From contig JBLDXI010000040.1 in NCBI GenBank assembly GCA_047495785.1, positions 248,001 through 312,000 on the forward strand: 64,000 nucleotides of DNA, in the 5' to 3' direction. The DNA is from Lepidodermella squamata. Its lineage: Eukaryota > Animalia > Gastrotricha. Positions 56,185 to 64,000 of this stretch are shown piece after piece; within the stretch, counting starts at the first letter, position 1, and every line of letters starts with the position of its first letter. A program made the position numbers and the translations under genes. Below the pieces are notes generated by a model. It ran no database searches, was not told the DNA's origin, and saw only the letters and a program-made list of their open reading frames with translations.

Positions 56185-57238
56185 CTATGAAAATGAAATT
56201 CAGCGAGACAAGAAAAATTATGAAATCAAAAAAATCTACCAGTTTAAAATAAAAATTGAAAAATTGAATTTTCGACTTGGCAAATGATTTTTGCCTCGTA
56301 GATAAGCGGCAAGAAATCAGAGACCAAAGAGTTATGAAAACGGAAGCGCCGTTGTGGCAGCTCAAATACGTTACCATATACATTGTCGATGAAGTTTTTG
56401 GTATCGAAGAATAGAAAACGCCTTGTAGGAAGACGAAGGCTAGGAAGACAGTGACAGCAAACGATGACCGGTCTGGTATTTCTGGCGGGAAGGCTAGGGT
56501 GCCTAGAATCATTGCCGCTAGAAGGAAGGTAGGCAGGAAAATTGTCCCGAAGTAGTAATTCGACTTTCTTCGCATGTAGAACAGATAATTTACGGCATTC
56601 AAGTCGTTTTTAATCTCAGTTTCAGATTTGTCCAGAAGCCAAATATCTGCCTCGTTGCCGAATGCTCCGATGAAATCTGAGATTTTCGTATCGTTCGTGA
56701 ACCAGAGTTGCTTTTCAGACTTGAGGCCCTGGAATCCGGTTAGTATCACCCGGCATCGCTGGATGTCAAAGGGGAATTTAATGAGGTTGAGAGAGCATGA
56801 TGTGACGAAAACGCCCTTGGCAGACCACTGCGCCTCGCCGGTGTTCAACACCAAAATGTCACTGCTGTAGTCGGAGAAAAACTCTGACGAACTGCCGATT
56901 TGGTTCCAGATGTCTACTTTCGGCCGCCAGATGTACTCCTTTGAGAACCAACACTCAGACACTTGTTTTGTCGTAGCGTTCCATACTGCGCATTTCGGGA
57001 GTTGCCATGAGAACACAAACATAGCCTGTAGTGAGAATGTCTGAGCGATATCGTCGATTCCAACAAATGAAAATGGAGAGAAGACCGCGCTGACTTCAAC
57101 AGGTCCTTTGTTTGGTCTTGTGAATCGCGAATTTAGGTACTCGCAGTTGCTAGCTAGATCTCTACAAAATCCTGAGGATTGAGCGCTGCAAACTTCGACC
57201 AAAATCCAACTGAATATCAGAAATTTACCAGACATCAC
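56144..57238 (-). CDS. Intronless divergent Cys-loop ligand-gated ion channel subunit
   Basis: Signal peptide; FVGIDD and IWRPKV; Cys-loop CSLNLIKFPFDIQRC; RRKSNYY; M2 PPEIPDRSSFAVTVFLA; short M3-M4 loop. Confidence 0.92.
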   Translation of the reverse strand: MMSGKFLIFSWILVEVCSAQSSGFCRDLASNCEYLNSRFTRPNKGPVEVSAVFSPFSFVGIDDIAQTFSLQAMFVFSWQLPKCAVWNATTKQVSECWFSKEYIWRPKVDIWNQIGSSSEFFSDYSSDILVLNTGEAQWSAKGVFVTSCSLNLIKFPFDIQRCRVILTGFQGLKSEKQLWFTNDTKISDFIGAFGNEADIWLLDKSETEIKNDLNAVNYLFYMRRKSNYYFGTIFLPTFLLAAMILGTLAFPPEIPDRSSFAVTVFLAFVFLQGVFYSSIPKTSSTMYMVTYLSCHNGASVFITLWSLISCRLSTRQKSFAKSKIQFFNFYFKLVDFFDFIIFLVSLNFIFIVNVVFFSLVLSTG

Positions 57239-57628
57239 AGGTTTTGTGGTAAAATTCAGTGTAAATGAAGTTTATTTTAGCGTAATTTTCCTATTTTTGT
57301 CCTCATTTTCCCAAGAGCCTGAATACAGTCATCCTCGTAGGATGTCTCATAGGTATAGGTCAGTGCAAGATGAATTGTTTTCGGAAATTGCAAGGGGCAA
57401 TAATTTGCCCTAATTGGGACAACTAGTTTTATTGATTTATTCGAAAACGATTCGCAGCTATTTCCTGGATTTCACGCAGGTTTTCAATAATGCTTCTAAC
57501 ATTTTGACACATGTGAGATAGGTAGGGTTCATGGAACTACTCCCAGCGCTGGCGATTTCGCTCTTCAAATACGCGAAATCATCCGCATCTGAAAAATTCA
57601 AAACTTTAACTCGCGGTGATTCAAAATG

Positions 57629-58990
57629 TTAATACAAACCTAATCCTTTGATTTGAAGCTTGGATTTGCTCGAAATCCACTGCTGTTTGAGTTTGTCCAA
57701 TGCTACGACCGGGGTTGTCGACTCTAAGTGGCTAGCGCAAAACACAAAACGCCGACATTTTTGGTCGGTATAATTGCTGATTAAATCGATGGCGATGGCC
57801 ATTACTTGATCGCAAGTCATGTCCAGACAGTTGGCGATGTTCTCTACTTCTTTACCCTGCGCTACAGCTTCGGTAACCTCTGGAGCAGCTTTAAGAGAGC
57901 TGGAAGTTGTGTGATAGCTCATTTGAAGGAAGGGAGGAGCCGATGCACTCATTTCGAGCATTGGACCTTTGGAAATGGGTGTTATCTCTTTTGAACGACC
58001 AGAATCGACTTGACCATGGCTTTCAGAATCGTCGCTCATAGAAGCTTCAGGAATCAATCCTGACACGGGAAAGGAAAACGGAAACGCAGCACTAGCAAAA
58101 TTTATGAATCCGTTGTTGGCCCCTTCGGTTTCTCCTACAGCATCACCCTCGAGCATCGAATTTTCGGGTTCGGAATCGATCGTGGGCAAGTGTAATGGTT
58201 CTTGAGCTGAAATTTGCTTTGTTACAGTAACATGGGTTGTATCATTGTAAAAATCCAGAGGAACAGGGGCTTCTACAAATGGGAGGGAAGAGTCCGTATA
58301 ATTCCGAGGTTCATTGCTGTAGTTTGTCGAGATGTTTGAACTCGCCAAAACGCGGTCGATCCTTGAACTGAGGATCTTCAAAGCTGATTCTAGCGACGAA
58401 ATAGGGGCATCCGAGTCGACAGAAGTGAAGTTAAGGGTTGAGTTACTTTCCTTCCAATTCAGCGTTTGGTTTGAACTCCGAAGATTGTTTCGCTTGTACT
58501 GATACAAACCAGTGAAATTCAGCATATTGTCATCGTAATCAATATAATCTGATTCATTGAATTCGCCGTAGTCGTCGAAAGTTTCAGGCGCAAGAGTACT
58601 AGGCTTCTTCGCTTGCTTCAATTGCTTGCTCGAAACAGGCATGATTTCATTGACAGGAACGTCAAAACTCGCCAGTTTCGATTCTTCAGCCGATTTTTCC
58701 TTGGCTGAGGGTGGCCGTTGGCTTGCCAACACTGCTCCAGCCGCTATCCCTGCTATTGCCATAATAACGACTATGGTAACTAGAACCGCGACGATGCGGC
58801 ATATACAGCACTTTCTAGTTCTCATAAACTTCCGAACGCCATTTTCTTGCTCGAAACGGTCGATTGAGGAATCGGTATGCACTGAGAATGAGTCGCTCAA
58901 GCTGTATTGCCGTTGAACCTGGTGACTTTCAGGGATCCAAACGGAGTGGTCTTCAAGCACCGGTTGTACTGAGGAGTGATTTTTCGGCAT
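57629..58990 (-). CDS. Single-exon type II membrane, Ser/Thr-rich protein with a Cys-containing C-terminus
   Basis: 453 aa. RKCCICR followed by TM IVAVLVTIVVIMAIAGIAAGAVLA, a low-complexity stalk and a four-Cys terminal segment. Confidence 0.7.
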   Translation of the reverse strand: MPKNHSSVQPVLEDHSVWIPESHQVQRQYSLSDSFSVHTDSSIDRFEQENGVRKFMRTRKCCICRIVAVLVTIVVIMAIAGIAAGAVLASQRPPSAKEKSAEESKLASFDVPVNEIMPVSSKQLKQAKKPSTLAPETFDDYGEFNESDYIDYDDNMLNFTGLYQYKRNNLRSSNQTLNWKESNSTLNFTSVDSDAPISSLESALKILSSRIDRVLASSNISTNYSNEPRNYTDSSLPFVEAPVPLDFYNDTTHVTVTKQISAQEPLHLPTIDSEPENSMLEGDAVGETEGANNGFINFASAAFPFSFPVSGLIPEASMSDDSESHGQVDSGRSKEITPISKGPMLEMSASAPPFLQMSYHTTSSSLKAAPEVTEAVAQGKEVENIANCLDMTCDQVMAIAIDLISNYTDQKCRRFVFCASHLESTTPVVALDKLKQQWISSKSKLQIKGLGLY

Positions 58991-59161
58991 TTTTTTGTAC
59001 TAAAACTAACATTACTCCTCATACTACAACGATACGGCATTAGTGATATAGATACCGGCTAATTGTTCCGCCTTAAAATCGATGATATCTCTCTCGCGGC
59101 TGTTTCTAAATAAAGACCGCGTAATTCCTAAGCACTTGGCCGGTGCATTTATCGAATTTTA

Positions 59162-60782
59162 TTATTTCTGCAACAGACGCGCGTTTTCTTCGCGCAGTTG
59201 TTCTATAGCTATGTCTTTTTGAGCGAGTAAATTTCTCAGCGTATGTACTTGGATAGTCAGTTCTTCAATATTGAGCCGAGCTTCGTTGAGCTGTTTCGCT
59301 AGGTCGCTGTTGTTAGGCTCGTTTTGGACCTCGTGGCCATTTAGCAAAATGGTCGGATTTTGCGTTTCTTCGAAGCGGAAATGCAAGGCTAATTCAGCAT
59401 CTTCGATCGCTTCCCGCTCTTCTCGAAACACGCCGTATTCAACAGCGAATCGATCGAGCTCAACAGAGAAATCGAAAGTGAAGATCTATAAATTGAGAAA
59501 AAGTGCATTGAAGATTACAAGTTTAAATGTTTTTAATTTTATGGCAAACCTTATTGAAAATTGGAGGCAGTAGGGCGACACTACTTTCCGGCAGGGTGGT
59601 TTTGAAAAACCGCATAATGCTTTCGAGGCCATCCTCTTCTTCAGTCATCAGCGTAGTTTCATGCATGGAAATCATCAGATAAATGACACGGAAGATCATC
59701 TCAAAATTTCCATAGAAAATCAGATCTAAAAGTCTTCAGTTTTTAGCAATGGTTCGGAATAAATCGATAAAATTACCGAAAATTCTGACCACAAATGGCA
59801 GTGGGAAGTTGCTGGCGAAAATCGTCAGAAACCATGGTGGAGCAAATAAATCTGGCAGAGCCTGGTGAACAAGTAAATGAGATAACAAAATAGGCTCCAA
59901 GGTATCCAGAAGTCTTGTAATTTGGTAAAGACTCCTATGAAGACCGATCATATCAGGCTGAAAAACGCTTCGATAGCCGAATCCATACATCAGGCCCAAC
60001 ATCAGTTCAAAGGCGGAGAATTCGCAACTCGTATGCATGAGCAGGACCCCGGCGATGAACGCAAGGCCCTGGCAGTAGCCTACTTCTTTGTCAAGTTGGG
60101 AATAGGCCTTCAAAACGTTCCCCAGACCAATCTGGCCAGCTGAATCCTTACCGGAGAAAAAAGAATGGCCAGGGAAGGTTCGGCCTATATCCAACTTGAT
60201 TTGGGTACAGGAATCTGAGGCGTTATCAGCTGTTTTGACTAGGTTATCGTAATCTTCGTTCGTAACAGCAGGAACAGCATTTTTACGGCCAATTATTGTA
60301 AGCTCTCTATTCAGGAGCCAAAGCCATACCTTCCCTCTGAGATGCTTCGGAATGCCCTGAGCAAGGAGATGCTCCAAATGTTGTTGGTCAGTGCTGTTCG
60401 AGTTTTCCTGATTCAAGAGCGAAGACCAAGCTTCGGCTGATTCGAATGTTTGATCGAACGGGTCGTCGTAATCAAGCCTTTCCTCCGCTTCCTTCAATTG
60501 ATGCAGCTGTTGCAAAACAGGGGTGGCAACTAGTTCGAAAATCGACCTACGCCTCGAAGCCACTGTCATTTTATCGAGTAAGACGCTTCCTGGCAGGCTA
60601 GACACGCTGTTTTTCCGTTGTGCATCTAGCCATTTGGCTGGCACGGAATTTAACCCGCATTTTGTTGCGAGTAATGGATGTGGCGAGTTTGGCACTCGCA
60701 TTATTTCGATAAAGTATTTAGACGATAGACTGTGGTGTAGAGCGTCCCTTCGCAGCCTGCTTCTAGGCGGCGCGTTGTCCAT
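59162..60782 (-). CDS. TBC-domain RabGAP, TBC1D1/TBC1D4-like
   Basis: RRSIFELVATP and RLDYDD (TBC1D1/4-like), GIPKHLRGKVW, QIKLDIGRTFP, VGYCQGLAF, FAPPWFLTIF and a C-terminal coiled coil. Exons ..59777, 59725-59550 and 59485-59162; the 5' end is uncertain. Confidence 0.9.
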
Positions 60783-60975
60783 TACTTTTGTGGCTTTGGC
60801 TATTAAAACTCTGTCTAGTACAATGCATACGGCGTAAAAACAAATTGTCAGTAGTGAAAAGCTTGATACTAGTGGCTGCAGTGTAGGTCATTAATATTTG
60901 ATGAGTAGAGGTGTCGCTATAATACCAATGTGTTTGCACGTGTTCGACTCGTAAAAACACACATATTTTTACATA

Positions 60976-61723
60976 AAGTACGGATGATAATTTTTTTGCC
61001 TCGCATTTTTTTAATAACTCCGTAACCATGAGGAATTTTTTGGAGCGGGTTTCACCGGTCGATAGATCTAGTCTGTTGTAAACTTTCCTAAAATTCTCGT
61101 CCAATTGCGATACAATTTGAGAAATTGGTGACGAAAATGCTTCTTTTGATTTTTGGTGAAAAAGTTAATTTTTGAAAAATGCTATTTTGCATCAGATGTG
61201 ACTTTTGGCAATAATTTGCCTTGTCAGAGAGGTCAGATGTAGTCGAGAGGTGGTCAGCTGTTCATCCATGACGCCGATTTCCACAAAAATCAACAGTTGC
61301 ACAACCAGAAGCTTCCAGCTTTGCAAATTTGGTGCAGCCCCCCCAAAATGTCAACATTCATTTGGATCTCATTTCGTTATTGAGAGACGTTTCTGTCCGG
61401 TCCAAAGTGAAAATCTCGGTTAACGGGGCGGTACTGACATTACTCCCTGCTAAGAATATGGTCCAATTTAGCTTTACCACAGGAAAATGACAAAAAACGC
61501 TAAAACCAGGGAAATAGCATTTTTCAAAAATTAACTTTTTCACCAAAAATCAAAAGAAGCATTTTCGTCACCAATTTCTCAAATTGTATCGCAATTGGAC
61601 GAGAATTTTAGGAAAGTTTACAACAGACTAGATCTATCGACCGGTGAAACCCGCTCCAAAAAATTCCTCATGGTTACGGAGTTATTAAAAAAATGCGAGG
61701 CAAAAAAATTATCATCCGTACTT
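60976..61723. mobile_element. MITE with long (about 212-bp) perfect TIRs and a probable TA target duplication
   Basis: 60973-61187 is the reverse complement of 61512-61726, flanking TA included; 324-bp spacer. Confidence 0.9.
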
Positions 61724-63184
61724 TATAAAGCGGGATATTTATTACAAAGCCAGAAAAAGTTGAATCCAACAGTTTAGTATCTTTCTAACTCCAGTAAGCT
61801 TCAAGATTCCCAAGATTCCTGAAACAGCAAAAGCGCAGAACAGCGAATGCGACAAAACAGCAAATTTCCCATTCCGCGACAAAACAGCGGAAAATTACAC
61901 CGCGGAAAATTACAAATAGCGCTTTTGCTGTTTTGTCGCGAAATGAGAAATTTGCTGTTTTTGTTATTTTTGCTGTTAAGCCTGTCCGCTGATGCTATTG
62001 TACATTGCCAAAAAATTATGGGATTTTTAGTCCTAATTTCCGATGTCCCTATCAGAAGTACAAGAGCGACTGCTCAAACCACAGGCTAAAATGGGAGAAT
62101 AAAATAATAAAACTACTAAGAATTTTGTCCAGTTACCATAAGCCGTAAAAGCTAGACAGTATAAATCCAAAAAAATGCAAATTCTCGTTCACATGGAAAA
62201 CAGGTAGAGGCAACAGCTGGTCATTCGCTAGCACTGAAAACTCTTTCACGTTTTGTCAGACGGTTGAATCAGCTTTTCAAATCATTGTTATACGCGCTTA
62301 ATTTGCATTTCAACTCATTTCAAGCCCAAAAAAGGAAAAAAACCGCGCTAAATAATGAATCATACTGTGTATGTCCATTGCGGCGGGTTTTTTGCTTTGC
62401 AGCGTAAACAAACAATAAAAGGATCCAAGCCAATTAATCCGGACTAAATAAAGTTCAATAATACAAACAGATTAGATACAAATCGATTTTTCTATATTTT
62501 TTAATCCCCGTTTTTGTCTGAGTTAAGTTGTTTACTCAACATCAGGCACCCACACACTATGCATGAATCGAACGCAAATTGATGTACGCATAAATAAAAT
62601 TGTGGAGTAGCCTTATTATTTATTTCGGCGCACTTCACGCAACGGAAAACGATAATAAAATGCCGTCTGCTTCCTCCCGGGACAACCGGCTATTAGCATC
62701 GCAGTGATTCCTCCGACTTGGTTCTTACTGCGCCTCTCACTCGGCAAGTTGAGCGGATAAGCCGCCTGCTCATCTTGATGGCTTCCCAGGCTGCAAAATT
62801 CAACACTAGAATAATTAATGCCATTAAAGTGCATTACACTTAGCTGTCAATTCTGTTTGTATTAACTGCGCTGAAACACGCAAAAAAATCGAATTTCAAC
62901 CAGCTAGGCGGAAGACTTTCGACTTTGATGATGACATCAATTTGCGCAGTCGGCGGCGTTTCTGCCTTCTGCAGAAACAATCGATCCATTCAACTTTTTT
63001 TCTCGCACCCTCTAGTTTTCTCAAGCACCCACGACTATTCTTCGCCAATAACGCGGTAATAAGGGCCCCTATTGTTTGAATAATGAGATTTGAGCTAAAA
63101 ATAAATCATGTACCCACCCCTTGCTGTTATATGTCATTCATCATCAGTATTTCTCGTTTTTTTCGCCTGGATAAAAAAAAAGAT

Positions 63185-63959
63185 ATGTCTTCTTCGCATC
63201 GAATAGGCGTTCGTGGGTCTCTTTACGATGAGATGTGGCGATTTTTCCGGAAATTTCAAATGGATTGGTGCCTCGTGTGGAACAGCGTCCACGACGGTTC
63301 AATTGCTTCGGCTATTCACATGATGGTATTGACAATAAAATTGTAAAAACCCACCTTAACTCTTAAAAAATCAGGTCTCGAGCGTACTTTACATCCTGAT
63401 GTGTCTTTCAATCATCTACTACGCTAATTACTTCGGCGGGCCGCAGGGAATGTCGTTAGGATACGAATATCGAGAGGTAAAGCCTCTTACAAGGAATTTC
63501 GTTATAACGTAAAAGCTTTACCGATAGATTATACGGCATGGCGAATTGTTGTGGTCTGCTGGCCACGAAGAGAAGGATGGCGAAGCGGCTGTTCATACGT
63601 TCTCTGATGCGAAAAGCTGGCTGTTGCGGCGGAAGAAGGCGAATGAAGTCGCTCGGGAGATGACTACGTCAAAGCTGCCCGGCATTTTCGAGAAGTTGAT
63701 ACTTGAGGCGAAGCGAAAGGTCCTACAGCAGGGCGAACACGGCAACGATGACGAAGATGAACTGGACGATGACGGGCACGATACTCAAGAACCTTTGCTC
63801 AAGGAAGAGGAAAAAGGTATGTTGTCATGACTTCAAAACTTCATGAAACAAAAATCATTTTTCGTTCTAGAAAAATTGGTCACACCTTCAATGGCTATGC
63901 TGATCTTTTCAAGCGTAAATCTCGTGATATCCATAGGACTTTACATCGCAATTCAAAAA
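63185..63959 (+). CDS. LAPTM/DUF4728-like multi-pass membrane protein, 5' exons; continues beyond the window
   Basis: Exons 63185-63325, 63375-63476, 63528-63816 and 63871-63959 splice in frame. TM1 SIASAIHMMVSSVLYILMCLSIIYY and TM2 MAMLIFSSVNLVISIGLYIAIQK. The family call is tentative. Confidence 0.6.
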
Positions 63960-64000
63960 GTTGGTCTTTCATGAAGTTTGGCAATTAATGAAGTTTTCGT

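Noticed and set aside
60763-61777. Two identical ORFs starting MDENFRKVYNRL on opposite strands
   Set aside because: Artefact of the MITE terminal inverted repeats.

Overview
Eukaryotic (invertebrate animal) genomic DNA. It has short AT-rich GT-AG introns (about 45-300 bp), compact gene spacing and an internal TTAGGG-like tract; the taxon cannot be fixed from sequence alone. The left part (1-35 kb) is a transposon-rich cluster. It holds the 3' end of an ENPP gene, an ankyrin gene with a putative SAM-like N-terminus plus a broken duplicate, and many nested mobile elements. These include I/Jockey-group LINE fragments, a gag/ORF1-only ORF inside a hAT element, a degenerate P-element transposase with related non-autonomous P elements, and several MITEs. 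This part also carries a catalytically dead astacin-EGF-CUB-kringle gene and four intronless, signal-peptide-less trypsin-like proteases. The right part (36-64 kb) is gene-dense: a DXD glycosyltransferase-like gene, a tandemly duplicated 9-exon nAChR-like subunit, a second SAM-like/ankyrin gene, two type II mucin-like membrane proteins, a secreted orphan, two intronless divergent Cys-loop channels flanking a class C (GABA-B-like) GPCR, a TBC1D1/4-like RabGAP and the start of a LAPTM-like membrane protein. The best candidate for an undescribed system is the cytosolic trypsin-like protease array. One paralog ends in a tail anchor, one ends in a CaaX-like box, one has lost all three catalytic residues, and one is a pseudogene. 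The array is linked to SAM-like/ankyrin genes and looks like a fast-evolving intracellular sensor/protease/decoy module; that function is inference only.
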